From sequence record OZ387312.1: a stretch of 32,000 bases of DNA; one strand, 5' to 3'. Of this stretch, positions 1 through 11,656 are shown in pieces; the first letter of the stretch is position 1, and each line of letters begins with the position of its first letter. A program made the position numbers and the translations under genes. The notes under the pieces were generated by a model. The model did not search any database. It had not been told where the DNA came from and saw only the letters and a list, made by a program, of their open reading frames with translations.

Positions 1-750
1 GTTAATTACCTTGAAGGCTGTACTGCCCCACAATATGATACAAATCAATTACATGCAGCAATTGTTGAACTTATTGCCTTAGAAGATGCTAATATTAAAT
101 ATTCTACTGTTCAAAATTGGTATGCTGGAAATGAAGTTGGTGCTGGGGGAATTTATAACTTTGTAACTAAACGTGGATTATGTGCAGGGAAAAATTCGAA
201 AATTTCTTGGACACAAGTTGAAACAGGGTCCGCAATCACTTGGAAATATCCAAGTTGTTTATTAATTGGGGAAAATTCACAAGGAGAATTTTATTCAGTT
301 GCATTAACTAATAATTATCAACAAGCTGATACTGGAACAAAAATGATTCATATTGGTAAGAATACACGAAGTCGCGTAATTTCCAAAGGAATTTCCGCAG
401 GGAAATCTAAAAATAGTTATCGTGGTTTAATCAATATAAGTAATAAAGCATTAGGTGCAAGAAATTATTCTCAATGTGATTCACTATTAATTGGTAATAC
501 GTCTAATGCGAATACCTTTCCATTTATCTCTGTTCAAAACTCTACAACGAAGATTGAACATGAAGCGTCAACTTCGAAAATTGGTGAAGAACAAATTTTT
601 TATTTTTTACAACGTGGAATTTGTTTAGAAAAAGCTGTTGAATTAATGATTAGTGGATTTTGTCGTGAAGTATTTACAGAATTACCTTTAGAATTTGCTG
701 CTGAAGCAGATCGCTTATTAACGTTAAAATTAGAAGGAAGTGTTGGATAA
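1..750 (+). CDS. sufB: Fe-S cluster assembly protein SufB (ycf24), C-terminal part; the 5' end lies outside the window
   Basis: Frame 1 is open from base 1 and translates as [43 protein letters not shown]...[21 protein letters not shown], typical of the SufB C-terminal half. The track ORF 343..750 is only its tail. The stop TAA at 748-750 overlaps the sufC ATG. Confidence 0.93.
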   Translation, partial: VNYLEGCTAPQYDTNQLHAAIVELIALEDANIKYSTVQNWYAGNEVGAGGIYNFVTKRGLCAGKNSKISWTQVETGSAITWKYPSCLLIGENSQGEFYSVALTNNYQQADTGTKMIHIGKNTRSRVISKGISAGKSKNSYRGLINISNKALGARNYSQCDSLLIGNTSNANTFPFISVQNSTTKIEHEASTSKIGEEQIFYFLQRGICLEKAVELMISGFCREVFTELPLEFAAEADRLLTLKLEGSVG

Positions 751-1505
751 TGGATTTAAAATCTCCTCTTTTAGAAATCAAAGATTTACAAGTTTCAATT
801 AATGAAAATGAAATTTTAAAGAATTTAAATTTAACAATTAATAAGGGTGAAATACATGCAATAATGGGTCCGAATGGTTCAGGAAAAAGTACTTTTTCTA
901 AAGTTCTTGCAGGTCATCCCGCTTATTCTGTTTTAGATGGTGAAATTCGATTTAAAGGGCTAAATATTTTAGATATTGAACCAGAAGAAAGATCACATTT
1001 AGGTATTTTTCTTGCTTTCCAATATCCTATTGAAATTCCAGGTGTTAGTAACGAAGATTTCTTAAGACTTGCATATAACTCAAAACAAAAATTTTATAAT
1101 AAACCAGAAGTGGACCCGCTTGAATTTTTAGGTATTATTAACGAGAAATTGCAATTAGTTGATATGTCTCCTTTATTTTTAAGTAGAAATGTAAATGAAG
1201 GATTCTCAGGTGGTGAAAAAAAACGTAATGAAATTTTACAAATGATCTTATTAGATTCAGAATTATCTATTTTAGATGAAACAGATTCTGGATTAGACAT
1301 TGATGCGTTAAGAATTATCTCAAATGGTATTAATCAATTTATGGCTGAAGATAAATCAATTATTTTAATTACTCATTACCAAAGATTACTAGATTATATT
1401 AATCCTACCTATGTTCATGTAATGCAGAATGGAAAAATTATTAAAACAGGATCAGCGGAATTAGCAAAAGAATTAGAAAGTAAAGGGTATGAATGGTTAA
1501 AATAA
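750..1505 (+). CDS. sufC: Fe-S cluster assembly ATPase SufC (ycf16)
   Basis: 251 aa with a Walker A motif (GPNGSGKST), an ABC signature ([10 protein letters not shown]) and a Walker B motif ([10 protein letters not shown]). It sits directly after sufB with a TAATG overlap. Confidence 0.95.
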   Translation: MDLKSPLLEIKDLQVSINENEILKNLNLTINKGEIHAIMGPNGSGKSTFSKVLAGHPAYSVLDGEIRFKGLNILDIEPEERSHLGIFLAFQYPIEIPGVSNEDFLRLAYNSKQKFYNKPEVDPLEFLGIINEKLQLVDMSPLFLSRNVNEGFSGGEKKRNEILQMILLDSELSILDETDSGLDIDALRIISNGINQFMAEDKSIILITHYQRLLDYINPTYVHVMQNGKIIKTGSAELAKELESKGYEWLK

Positions 1506-1514
1506 AAAATAGTA

Positions 1515-1552
1515 AAATATAAATAATGACAGTATTGTCATTATTTATATTT
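1515..1552. terminator. Perfect 17-bp stem-loop between convergent sufC and petA
   Basis: aaatataaataatgaca (1515-1531) and tgtcattatttatattt (1536-1552) are exact reverse complements, with a 4-nt loop gtat. It lies 10 nt after the sufC stop and 8 nt after the petA stop. Confidence 0.6.
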
Positions 1553-1559
1553 CTCATAA

Positions 1560-2504
1560 TTAGAAGTTTAATTCGGCAGCTTGAACTTTTTCGAATTGTT
1601 TTTTCTTTATAATTAAGAAGACTTGAGTCAATAAAGCACAGAAACAGAATGCTAAGTAACCTACAATTCGTGCAGGGTTTTGTAAAACAATTTCTGACTC
1701 TTCTTGACCAAAACCACCAGCATTTGGATCAACGTTTAATGCTTGTTCAGCTTTTACAACTTCACCTTGTTTAACAATTAAACTTAATCCTGCAGGTACT
1801 GTTTGCGAAGTTTTTGTACCATCAGAATTGATAATTACAACACTTGATTCACCTTTTTCTGATGCTGAAATTTCAGTAATCTGACCAGATTGTGTTGCAC
1901 CGAAAACGTTAACATTACTCTTTTCACCTGTTGGATATACTTGACCACGTCCACGGTTACCACCGCCATAGAAAGGATATGATAAGTATTTAACATCTGA
2001 ATCCTTTTCAGGATCAGGTGATACCACTGGGAAAATTAATTCCTGATGTGTTTTCCCAGCAATTGGTCCAACAACTAAAATGTTATCAAATTCTGTACTA
2101 TAAGGTGAAATGAAAATACCTTTATTTTTTGCTTTAACTTCAGCAGGTATTTGATTTTTCGGTGCTAATTTAAAGCCCTTTGGTAAAATTAAAATTCCTC
2201 CAACATTTAAATCAGCAGGTTTCCCATTTGCACCGATTTGTTGTTTTGTTGTATCATAAGGTACTTTAATTTCTACTTCAAAGACAGAATTTGGAAGAAC
2301 CGCTTGAGGTGCTTCAATTTCAATTGCTTTTTGATTCAAATGACAATTTGCACAAGCTAATTTACCATTTGCTGCACGTGGATTAGAATAATTCTGTTGT
2401 GCAAAAACTGGGTAAGCTGAAGAATCTTCAATACCAAAACCAAATAAACTTATAGCAAGCGTTAAAGTAAATAAAAGACTTTTAAAAAACTTGTTAGTTG
2501 CCAT
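1560..2504 (-). CDS. petA: Cytochrome f (apocytochrome f precursor)
   Basis: 314 aa. A signal peptide is followed by the mature N-terminus [13 protein letters not shown], the heme motif CANCH and a C-terminal transmembrane anchor. Confidence 0.95.
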   Translation of the reverse strand: MATNKFFKSLLFTLTLAISLFGFGIEDSSAYPVFAQQNYSNPRAANGKLACANCHLNQKAIEIEAPQAVLPNSVFEVEIKVPYDTTKQQIGANGKPADLNVGGILILPKGFKLAPKNQIPAEVKAKNKGIFISPYSTEFDNILVVGPIAGKTHQELIFPVVSPDPEKDSDVKYLSYPFYGGGNRGRGQVYPTGEKSNVNVFGATQSGQITEISASEKGESSVVIINSDGTKTSQTVPAGLSLIVKQGEVVKAEQALNVDPNAGGFGQEESEIVLQNPARIVGYLAFCFCALLTQVFLIIKKKQFEKVQAAELNF

Positions 2505-2542
2505 GGATTAACTACTTTTTAAGTATGGATATTATATTTATA

Positions 2543-3283
2543 TTAATTTTTTATTAAAAACAAGATACCTACCCCTGAAAGATATAACATTAATATAGCT
2601 AATGATAGCAATAATTGTGTAAGCGGATCGGTAGAAGGTGTTAAAATTGCTCCAAGAATTGTTGAAACAAGTATAATATAGCGCCAAGCACCTAACATTT
2701 GTTTGGCTGATACTAAATTTAATAAACCTAGTAAAATTTGAATAATTGGAATTTGAAAAGCGATCCCTGTACTATAAAAAAGAACCAAAATAAACTCGAA
2801 ATATTGATCAAATGACCAAAAAGGTTCAAGCACTTCTTCACTATAATTTAAAAAGAATGTTAAAGCTGCTGGTATTAATGTATAGTAAGAAAAGGCCAAT
2901 CCTAATCCAAATAAAATTAATGAACTTAACAGTAAAGGTAAAATAATTTTTGTTTCTTTTTTCGTTAATCCCGGTAATAAAAATAAAATTAATTGACTTA
3001 TTACAAATGGACTGGAAAAAAGTAACCCTGTATAAAAAGAAATTTTTATCGTCGAAATAAAATATTCACCAGGAGATAGTTGAAAAAATTTTACATTACT
3101 TACAGGAAATTCTAAAATTTTAACTAAAATTTTGACTTCAAAAAACGCGACACAAGTTAACAATAAAATTATCCAAAATAAATGAAAAATCCGTTGCCGT
3201 AATTCTTCAATATGCTCTGAGAAAGGTAATTCTAAAGTTATAATTGTATTATTTGTAAAATTAAAATTAGAATTAGTTACCAT
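2543..3283 (-). CDS. tatC: Sec-independent (Tat) translocase subunit TatC (ycf43)
   Basis: 246 aa polytopic membrane protein with the TatC-type N-terminus (LPFSEHIEELRQRIF) and about six hydrophobic segments. Confidence 0.88.
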   Translation of the reverse strand: MVTNSNFNFTNNTIITLELPFSEHIEELRQRIFHLFWIILLLTCVAFFEVKILVKILEFPVSNVKFFQLSPGEYFISTIKISFYTGLLFSSPFVISQLILFLLPGLTKKETKIILPLLLSSLILFGLGLAFSYYTLIPAALTFFLNYSEEVLEPFWSFDQYFEFILVLFYSTGIAFQIPIIQILLGLLNLVSAKQMLGAWRYIILVSTILGAILTPSTDPLTQLLLSLAILMLYLSGVGILFLIKN

Positions 3284-3357
3284 AAATCTAAATTTGGTAT
3301 TTTTTCTAGTTTTTTAGTGGAATAAAAAATCGAATAATACTATTAAGTTAAACTATC

Positions 3358-3399
3358 TTAACAAATTAAAATAATTATTAAGTTATTTTAATTTGTTAA
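3358..3399 (-). terminator. Perfect 17-bp stem-loop downstream of atpE
   Basis: ttaacaaattaaaataa (3358-3374) is the exact reverse complement of ttattttaatttgttaa (3383-3399), with an 8-nt loop. It lies about 100 nt 3' of atpE on the minus strand and upstream of tatC. Confidence 0.55.
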
Positions 3400-3496
3400 A
3401 TTGAATAGATTGAAATATTAGTAAATTTCAAATAAGAGTTAGAAATATGTTTAACTATCTAAAAAATTTACTTTCCAGTAGTTAAAGAGCTTTTCT

Positions 3497-3898
3497 CTAC
3501 GATAAATAATTAATCGCTTCAAGACGAGCTGTTGCTTTTTTTAATTCAACGGAAGCATCAAGACGATCTTTACTTGATTCAGCTTTTTCAATAGCTAACG
3601 TTGCTTTTTCTAATTCTTGTGTAGCTTCACTTAATTCAACACTAACAAGTTCTTCTACATCATTCACTAAAACTGTTACTCGATTACGATCAATTTCAGC
3701 TAGTCCACCACATAAAATAATAGGTGTCCATTTTTCATCTAATTTAATTCGTAATAAGCCTGTATCTAAAGCTGTTATTAACGCAGCATGACCGTCTAGT
3801 ACCCCTACTTGACCAGTTAAACCAGGTAAGACAACTTCATCTGCTGTTGTTGAGCAAATAACTCTGTCAGGGGTAAGAACGCGAATGTTCATAACCAT
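3497..3898 (-). CDS. atpE: ATP synthase CF1 epsilon subunit
   Basis: 133 aa, beginning M(VM)NIRVLTPDRV...GVLDGHAALITAL, typical of AtpE. It directly follows atpB. The start could be the ATG at 3898 or the one two codons downstream. Confidence 0.93.
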   Translation of the reverse strand: MVMNIRVLTPDRVICSTTADEVVLPGLTGQVGVLDGHAALITALDTGLLRIKLDEKWTPIILCGGLAEIDRNRVTVLVNDVEELVSVELSEATQELEKATLAIEKAESSKDRLDASVELKKATARLEAINYLS

Positions 3899-3906
3899 AT
3901 TTTTTA

Positions 3907-3910
3907 CTCC

Positions 3911-3912
<2 letters not shown>
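3907..3912 (-). promoter_or_regulatory. Shine-Dalgarno-like AAGGAG upstream of atpE, overlapping the atpB stop codon
   Basis: Plus-strand ctcctt reads AAGGAG on the minus strand, 8 nt upstream of the atpE ATG (3896-3898). The atpB stop occupies 3911-3913. Confidence 0.5.
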
Positions 3913-5353
<1,441 letters not shown>

Positions 5354-5516
5354 TTAACATATTAAAATATTTGAGAATAAATATACTTTCATAATTTAAT
5401 GTAATATTCAAAGTTAGAACTGATTTGAAATTTACTAATTATCTATTATTGTACAACAAAATGACGGGAATTCTTGAATAGAATCTTTTAAGAAATGATC
5501 ATAGATAACTAACTTA

Positions 5517-6023
5517 TTAGTTTAGATCAGTTAATCTTCCCGTTATTTTTAACCAATTTCGTGCTCCAGGATAATTATCAGGTGCTAATTTTAAAGCTTG
5601 TCTCCAATATTCAGCTGCTTTATCAAATAATTCTTTTGAAAGCTCTACATATTCCTCATCATCAAAAGTTTGGGCACGTAATGCTTGTGAATGATAAATA
5701 ACAGCTATATTGTTTAAAGCTTGAGGAAGGTTCGTATTTAAAGCTAAAGCCTGATGGTAAAATTCTAAAGCTTGTGTATATTTCCCATTATTTCCATAAA
5801 TTAGTCCAATATTATAAAGAGTATAACTACGATCATATGGATCTTCTTCAACTTGAAGTGCTTCATAATAATTTTCTAAGGCTTCTGCATAACGCCCTCG
5901 GGATTGTGCAGCCATTCCAGCTCGGTAATAAGAAAAAGCTTGTTTTTCTTGTTTACTAGCTGGTAAAACTTTTAAAAGAATATCTGCAATTACTGTAAAT
6001 GTTTTATCAATAAAGTTACCCAT
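5517..6023 (-). CDS. ycf3: Photosystem I assembly protein Ycf3 (TPR protein), intron-less
   Basis: 168 aa containing [27 protein letters not shown] and repeated TPR units. AAGGAG lies 6 nt upstream of the ATG (6030-6035). Confidence 0.93.
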   Translation of the reverse strand: MGNFIDKTFTVIADILLKVLPASKQEKQAFSYYRAGMAAQSRGRYAEALENYYEALQVEEDPYDRSYTLYNIGLIYGNNGKYTQALEFYHQALALNTNLPQALNNIAVIYHSQALRAQTFDDEEYVELSKELFDKAAEYWRQALKLAPDNYPGARNWLKITGRLTDLN

Positions 6024-6053
6024 AAAAAACTCCTTAAGTTAACAATTTGAATG

Positions 6054-6092
6054 TTTAGAGTTATTATAATATATATTTATAACAACTCTAAA
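6054..6092 (-). terminator. Imperfect 16-bp stem-loop immediately 3' of rps18
   Basis: tttagagttattataa (6054-6069) pairs with ttataacaactctaaa (6077-6092) with one A.C mismatch. It begins 6 nt after the rps18 stop on the minus strand. Confidence 0.5.
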
Positions 6093-6097
6093 ATTTT

Positions 6098-6316
6098 TTA
6101 AATAGAATTTGATGCAACGAAGGGAAATAATGATAACATTCGTGCTCGTTTAATTGCTTTTGCTAATTTTCGTTGTTGCTGAACTGTAACTCCTGTTGCA
6201 CGACGTGGTAAAATTTTGCCTTGCTCTGTAACAAATAATGTTAATAAATCAATATCTTTATAATCAATTTTTTGATTAATACTAATCGGAGAGGTTTTTT
6301 GCTTTTTTACTGCCAT
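6098..6316 (-). CDS. rps18: 30S ribosomal protein S18
   Basis: 72 aa containing [27 protein letters not shown]...[11 protein letters not shown], the S18 signature. Confidence 0.93.
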   Translation of the reverse strand: MAVKKQKTSPISINQKIDYKDIDLLTLFVTEQGKILPRRATGVTVQQQRKLAKAIKRARMLSLFPFVASNSI

Positions 6317-6319
6317 AAT

Positions 6320-6514
6320 TTATTTGATTTCTTTATGTATTGTTGGTTTATTACAATGTGGACAATATTTTTTTAATTCTAATCTTTCTGGATTGTTTCG
6401 ACGATTTTTTTGTGTTGTATATCTTGAAACACCTGGTGATCGTTTGTTTACATTTGAACGACACTCAGTACATTCTAATGTAATTAATATTCGAGTTCCT
6501 TTATTTTTTGCCAT
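6320..6514 (-). CDS. rpl33: 50S ribosomal protein L33
   Basis: 64 aa containing ITLECTEC...CPHCNK, the zinc-ribbon form of L33. It is 3 nt upstream of rps18, forming an rpl33-rps18 pair. Confidence 0.93.
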   Translation of the reverse strand: MAKNKGTRILITLECTECRSNVNKRSPGVSRYTTQKNRRNNPERLELKKYCPHCNKPTIHKEIK

Positions 6515-6570
6515 AAAAAATTTCTTAAAATGATAAGTTTATAATAATAGTTTTAACCTAATTAATATAT

Positions 6571-6638
6571 TGCCTAAAAATTTTTATCTTATCAAGGGTT
6601 AAATAAAGAATGTTAAATGAGATAAAAATTTTTAGGTA
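6571..6638. repeat. Inverted repeat (17 bp perfect, extendable with wobble pairs) with a loop of about 30 nt, in the rpl33/rps20 divergent spacer
   Basis: cctaaaaatttttatct (6573-6589) is the exact reverse complement of agataaaaatttttagg (6620-6636). Confidence 0.7.
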
Positions 6639-6987
6639 AAATTAGTATAAAAACTTCTAATTTTTTAATAAATAAGTTATAACATTAAAATAGAAAAAAT
6701 TAAATTGTTTAGCAAGCGTAACGATTTTACGTTTTCCTCTAACTATTTAATTATTTTAAGATTTTATATGAACAAAAGTTAAAAAAACTGATCAAAAAGT
6801 TTTAGTTCTCCAAAAATCGTTTTATAACACATTAAATAACCGTGAATAATTCGAGTAAGTGGAATAAATTTATCTAAAGTATGGAATCTCATTTTATTGA
6901 GAACTTATTTAGTTAATAAAAATTAAAACTTAGACAATATAAAAAATCCTAGAAAACCCCTTTCAAATTAATTAAAATAATAGTTAT

Positions 6988-7269
6988 ATGGCTAATACTA
7001 AATCTTCAAAGAAACGTATTGAAACCGCGCAACGTAATCGTTTACGCAACCGTTTCTATAAAAGTTCAGTACGTACATTAATAAAAGTATTTTTAAAAGA
7101 TTTAGATACTTATAAATCTTCACAAAATATTGAAGATAAAGAAAAAGCACAAAAAGTATTAAATTCAATTTATAGTTTAATTGATAAAGGTACGAAAAAA
7201 AATGTATTTCACAAAAATACAGCTGCTAACAAGAAATCGCAATTAGCAGGTTATTTAAAATCAGCATAA
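6988..7269 (+). CDS. rps20: 30S ribosomal protein S20
   Basis: 93 aa beginning MANTKSSKKRIETAQRNRLRNRFYKS, the S20 N-terminal signature. Confidence 0.9.
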   Translation: MANTKSSKKRIETAQRNRLRNRFYKSSVRTLIKVFLKDLDTYKSSQNIEDKEKAQKVLNSIYSLIDKGTKKNVFHKNTAANKKSQLAGYLKSA

Positions 7270-7312
7270 GTAATTCTCAAATCTAAATATTATTCTTATT
7301 ATTTAAAATCAG

Positions 7313-7352
7313 TATTTATGTTAAGGAAACTCTAGATTCCTTAACATAAATA
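7313..7352 (+). terminator. Perfect 16-bp stem-loop after rps20
   Basis: tatttatgttaaggaa (7313-7328) is the exact reverse complement of ttccttaacataaata (7337-7352), with an 8-nt loop. It lies between rps20 and rpoB. Confidence 0.55.
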
Positions 7353-7416
7353 AAAATTCAACATTATTTTCTATTATATCAAAATTAATTAGTTATTCGA
7401 GTTAACAACAAAGATT

Positions 7417-10400
7417 ATGAAACAATATATGAATTATATTACAGCTCTACCTGATTTTATTGCAATGCAAAGAATCAGTTTTTGTTGGTTTCTCACTCAA
7501 GGATTAAATGAAGAATTAGCTCTTTTTTCAAGAATTCATGACTTTAGTCACAACACAGAATATGTTTTATTTGGAGAAGAATATAGTTTAATTAAACCTC
7601 CTTGTAGTCCATTAATCGCAAGAAAATATAGCGGTAATTACCGCGCACAATTAGTTATTCCTCTCGAAGTTAGAAATAAAAAAGTCAATAGTATTCGTTA
7701 CCATAATCAATTTCCAATTATCACATTACCTTTAATGACTACGGCCGCAACATTTATTATTAATGGATGTGAACGAGTTATTGTGAGTCAAATTATTCGT
7801 AGTCCTGGAGTCTATTTTGAAAAAAACAAAAATCAAAAGAAACGAAAACAATTTAAACGAAAACTTTCTACGGATATTAATAAATTAAGATCTTTTTTAC
7901 CTTCTGGCGAAGCTTTTATTTCTGAATTTGATTTATTTTTTCCAATCCCAAAAACAAGTTATGATTTAGTCACACGAGAAAAAAAAATTCTACCACATTG
8001 GAAAAATAATTCAATTTATAAATATTCAATTAGTTACTTGCAACAAAAAGAGAAAAATAGTTCTTTTTATTTTTTACAATGTTTTAAACTTTATCGAACA
8101 ATTTTACAAAGTAAAAATGAAAATGAAAAAACAAAATTAATTAAATTATTTTTAAAATGGTTAACGTTAAAAAATAACTCAATTAGTTCACGAGATTTAG
8201 TAAATACTGAAAAAATTTCTTATTTACTTCATTACTTTAATCTGGTAATTAAATCTTTAACAAAGTATGCAATCTTTCAAGAAAACTTAACCACTAAAAA
8301 TAGAAAACAAGGTCTTACTTCTATTAATAAAAAAAAATGGTTAGAAAATATTTTTGGAAATTTAAATCTTGAAATACTCCAAGAAAATCTATCCATAAGA
8401 CAATCCCAATTAATAAAATTAGGGGAGTCATATGATAAAACATTAATAAATTCCCAACGTGTGGCGCAAATCGAGTTAAATGCAGATTTAATATTAAGCA
8501 CAACCCAACCGTTCTACTTATTACAGGAGTTAGGAAATTTTAAATATTTAAAACGTAATATTAAACAACTCACACAACAAATAATAGAAACAAACAATCT
8601 ATTAGAATTTAAAGAGTTGAAACCAACAATCTATTTTTCAACTAGTTTAAAAGAGCAATTAAAATATATTTTTGGAAAAAATAAGTTACAACATAAATCA
8701 GAACGACATAAATATCTAAAAACAAAAACTCAATTTCTTTTATATAAAGATGATCATGAAATTAAAACTAATTATCATAAAAAATATGAGGAAAAAGATT
8801 TATATACTGCCCTTTTAATACCTGAATATGGGTCATGGATTCGAATAGGTTTTCAAAAAAATACAAAAATTAATTTGTATAAATATCCACTAAAAAACCA
8901 AGAAGATGAAATTGTTATTCAATTAGACAAAATTAATCATAAACCTATTCTCTCATTATTAAAAGAAATGGGACTAACTGATTTGGAGATTTATCGAAAC
9001 TTACAACATTCCGATTTTTTCTACTTTAATAAACCACTTTTGATAAATTCAAACCGTCTAGAACAACCATTACCACGATTTGATTTAAAATCTGACTATT
9101 TCAATAATATTTCAGAATTTTCCCGGATTTTTGACCCAGCATACTATCGATTAGGTAAAGTCGGGAGATTAAAAATAACAAATCGTTTAAATTTAAATTT
9201 AAGCCAACGTTCACAAACAATTACGTACGAAGATATATTCGCGATTTTAGATAAATTAATCACGTTAACAATTACAAAGACGGTTCAAGATGATATTGAT
9301 CATTTAAAAAATAGACGCGTCCGATCTGTCGGGGAATTATTACAAAATTTATTCCGAATAGGTTTCCAACGGTTAGTTAGAAAATTACGAAATCAAACAA
9401 ATAAAATAGATTCTGGACAATTATTAAGTTTCAATGTTGTTAACGCGACTGTTCGAGAATTTTTTGGTTCTAGTCAGTTATCACAATATTTAGATCAAAC
9501 AAATCCATTATCTTCTTTAACACATAGACGTCGAATTAGTGGTTTAGGACCCGGAGGTTTTGATCGTGATCGAATTAGTTTTGCTGTTCGGGATATCCAC
9601 CCAAGTCATTATGGACGAATTTGTCCGATTGAGACTCCAGAAGGACAAAATGTTGGCTTAATAGCTTCATTAACAACATGTGCTCGAGTAAATAAAGCTG
9701 GGTTTTTAGAAACACCTTTTTGGCGTGTATTAAATGGAAAAGTTATTAAGACAGGGAACCCTATTTATTTAACCGCTGATGTCGAAGATTTATATAAAAT
9801 TGCACCAGCAGATATTGCAACAAATAATGATAATTATTTAGTTAGAAATGTAATCCCAGTTCGCTATAAACAAGATTTCGTTAATGTTCCACCTTCAGAC
9901 GTTGATTTTATTGCTATTTCTCCAATTCAAGTGGTGTCAGTTGCAGCATCTCTAATTCCATTTTTTGAACATGATGATGCAAACCGAGCATTAATGGGCT
10001 CAAATATGCAACGACAATCAGTTCCATTAATTTTACCACAAAAACCGATTGTTGGAACTGGTTTAGAGAATCAGATTGCCATTGATTCTGGCATGACTTT
10101 AAATGCAAAAAATTCAGGGATTGTTAATTTAGTAACAGCAAATAAAATTGTTATTAAAGATCAAACAGGAAAAAAAACTAGCTATAAATTACAAAAATAT
10201 TTACGTTCAAATCAACAAACTTGTATTAATCATCGACCAATTGTTTGGAAAGGTGAAAAAATTAAATCAGGACAAGTCCTTACCGATGGACCTGCTATCG
10301 CAACAAGTGAATTAGCTTTAGGACAAAATGTTTTAGTTGGTTACATGCCATGGCAAGGATATAATTTCGAAGATGCAATTTTAATCAGCGAACGGTTAGT

Positions 10401-11646
10401 GTATGATGATATTTTTACTTCAATTCATATTGAGAGATATAAAATTGAAATTGATCGAACTTCTGAAACATTAGAACAGACAACGAAAAACATCCCAAAT
10501 TTAAGTTTTTCTGAAATACAACATTTAAATGATGATGGTATTGTTACTGTAGGTACCTTTGTTAAACCTGGAGATATTTTAGTTGGAAAAGTTATTTCAA
10601 ATGACAGCTCAGAACAATTACCCGAATCAAAATTATTACGAGCGATTTTTGGAGCAAAAGCGAAAGGTGTAAAAGATAATTCTTTTAGAATGCCTGATGG
10701 AGAATATGGTCGTGTTATTGAAACTGTAACCTTTAATCGTCGAACAAAATTAACTTATAAGTTCGAAAAAATTTATGTTTTTATTGCACAAATTCGAAAA
10801 ATTCAAGTTGGGGATAAAATCGCTGGTCGACATGGAAATAAAGGAATTATCTCACGAATATTACCACGCCAAGATATGCCTTTTTTACCGGACGGAACGC
10901 CGATTGATATTATTTTAAATCCATTAGGTGTACCATCTCGAATGAATGTAGGACAACTTTATGAATGTTTATTAGGTTTAGCAGGAGATAAATTAAACTG
11001 TCGATTTAAAATCTTACCTTTTGATGAAATGTATGGAGTTGAAATGTCAAGAATATTAATTAACAAAAAACTACGACAAGCTTCATTAATTAATGATGAA
11101 AGTTGGTTATTTAACCCATACGCACCTGGAAAAATGGTTTTAATTGACGGTCGAACAGGTAAAGAATTTGAAAATCCTATAACAGTTGGTAATGCTTATA
11201 TGCTTAAATTAATTCATTTAGTTGATGATAAAATGCATGCACGTGCTACTGGTCCATATTCGCTTATTACTCAACAACCATTACGTGGTAAAGCACAGCA
11301 TGGTGGACAAAGATTTGGTGAAATGGAAGTTTGGGCATTAGAAGGTTTTGGTGCAGCATTTACATTAAAAGAATTGTTAACAATCAAATCGGATGATATG
11401 CAAGGTCGAAATGAAACATTAAATGCAATTGTTAAAGGACAACAAATTCCAAAGTTTGGTATACCTGAATCATTTAAAGTTTTATTACAAGAACTTCGTT
11501 CAATTGGGTTAGATATGAGTACGTACAAGATTGAAAAATTTAGTTCAAACAAAAAATATGAAGCTGAGGTTAATTTAATTGAAAAGTATAATGCTTTATC
11601 AAAAACATTTTCTCCGACTTCAAACATAAATGATATTTCATTTTAA
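7417..11646 (+). CDS. rpoB: RNA polymerase beta subunit, carrying a large low-complexity insertion
   Basis: 1409 aa. Conserved blocks include [85 protein letters not shown] and GEMEVWALE. Confidence 0.97.
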   Translation: MKQYMNYITALPDFIAMQRISFCWFLTQGLNEELALFSRIHDFSHNTEYVLFGEEYSLIKPPCSPLIARKYSGNYRAQLVIPLEVRNKKVNSIRYHNQFPIITLPLMTTAATFIINGCERVIVSQIIRSPGVYFEKNKNQKKRKQFKRKLSTDINKLRSFLPSGEAFISEFDLFFPIPKTSYDLVTREKKILPHWKNNSIYKYSISYLQQKEKNSSFYFLQCFKLYRTILQSKNENEKTKLIKLFLKWLTLKNNSISSRDLVNTEKISYLLHYFNLVIKSLTKYAIFQENLTTKNRKQGLTSINKKKWLENIFGNLNLEILQENLSIRQSQLIKLGESYDKTLINSQRVAQIELNADLILSTTQPFYLLQELGNFKYLKRNIKQLTQQIIETNNLLEFKELKPTIYFSTSLKEQLKYIFGKNKLQHKSERHKYLKTKTQFLLYKDDHEIKTNYHKKYEEKDLYTALLIPEYGSWIRIGFQKNTKINLYKYPLKNQEDEIVIQLDKINHKPILSLLKEMGLTDLEIYRNLQHSDFFYFNKPLLINSNRLEQPLPRFDLKSDYFNNISEFSRIFDPAYYRLGKVGRLKITNRLNLNLSQRSQTITYEDIFAILDKLITLTITKTVQDDIDHLKNRRVRSVGELLQNLFRIGFQRLVRKLRNQTNKIDSGQLLSFNVVNATVREFFGSSQLSQYLDQTNPLSSLTHRRRISGLGPGGFDRDRISFAVRDIHPSHYGRICPIETPEGQNVGLIASLTTCARVNKAGFLETPFWRVLNGKVIKTGNPIYLTADVEDLYKIAPADIATNNDNYLVRNVIPVRYKQDFVNVPPSDVDFIAISPIQVVSVAASLIPFFEHDDANRALMGSNMQRQSVPLILPQKPIVGTGLENQIAIDSGMTLNAKNSGIVNLVTANKIVIKDQTGKKTSYKLQKYLRSNQQTCINHRPIVWKGEKIKSGQVLTDGPAIATSELALGQNVLVGYMPWQGYNFEDAILISERLVYDDIFTSIHIERYKIEIDRTSETLEQTTKNIPNLSFSEIQHLNDDGIVTVGTFVKPGDILVGKVISNDSSEQLPESKLLRAIFGAKAKGVKDNSFRMPDGEYGRVIETVTFNRRTKLTYKFEKIYVFIAQIRKIQVGDKIAGRHGNKGIISRILPRQDMPFLPDGTPIDIILNPLGVPSRMNVGQLYECLLGLAGDKLNCRFKILPFDEMYGVEMSRILINKKLRQASLINDESWLFNPYAPGKMVLIDGRTGKEFENPITVGNAYMLKLIHLVDDKMHARATGPYSLITQQPLRGKAQHGGQRFGEMEVWALEGFGAAFTLKELLTIKSDDMQGRNETLNAIVKGQQIPKFGIPESFKVLLQELRSIGLDMSTYKIEKFSSNKKYEAEVNLIEKYNALSKTFSPTSNINDISF

Positions 11647-11656
11647 TTAAAACCAA

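Noticed and set aside
343-750. Track ORF starting at the ATG at 343, as a possible independent gene
   Set aside because: The same frame is open from base 1 and the upstream translation is clearly SufB. This ORF is only the C-terminal part of a truncated sufB.
6779-6892. 37-codon minus-strand ORF (MRFHTLDKFIPLTRIIHGYLMCYKTIFGELKLFDQFF) in the rpl33/rps20 spacer
   Set aside because: It has no transmembrane helix and no similarity to the small plastid proteins I know (psb, psa, pet and ycf12 families). It has no Shine-Dalgarno motif. An ORF of this length is expected by chance.
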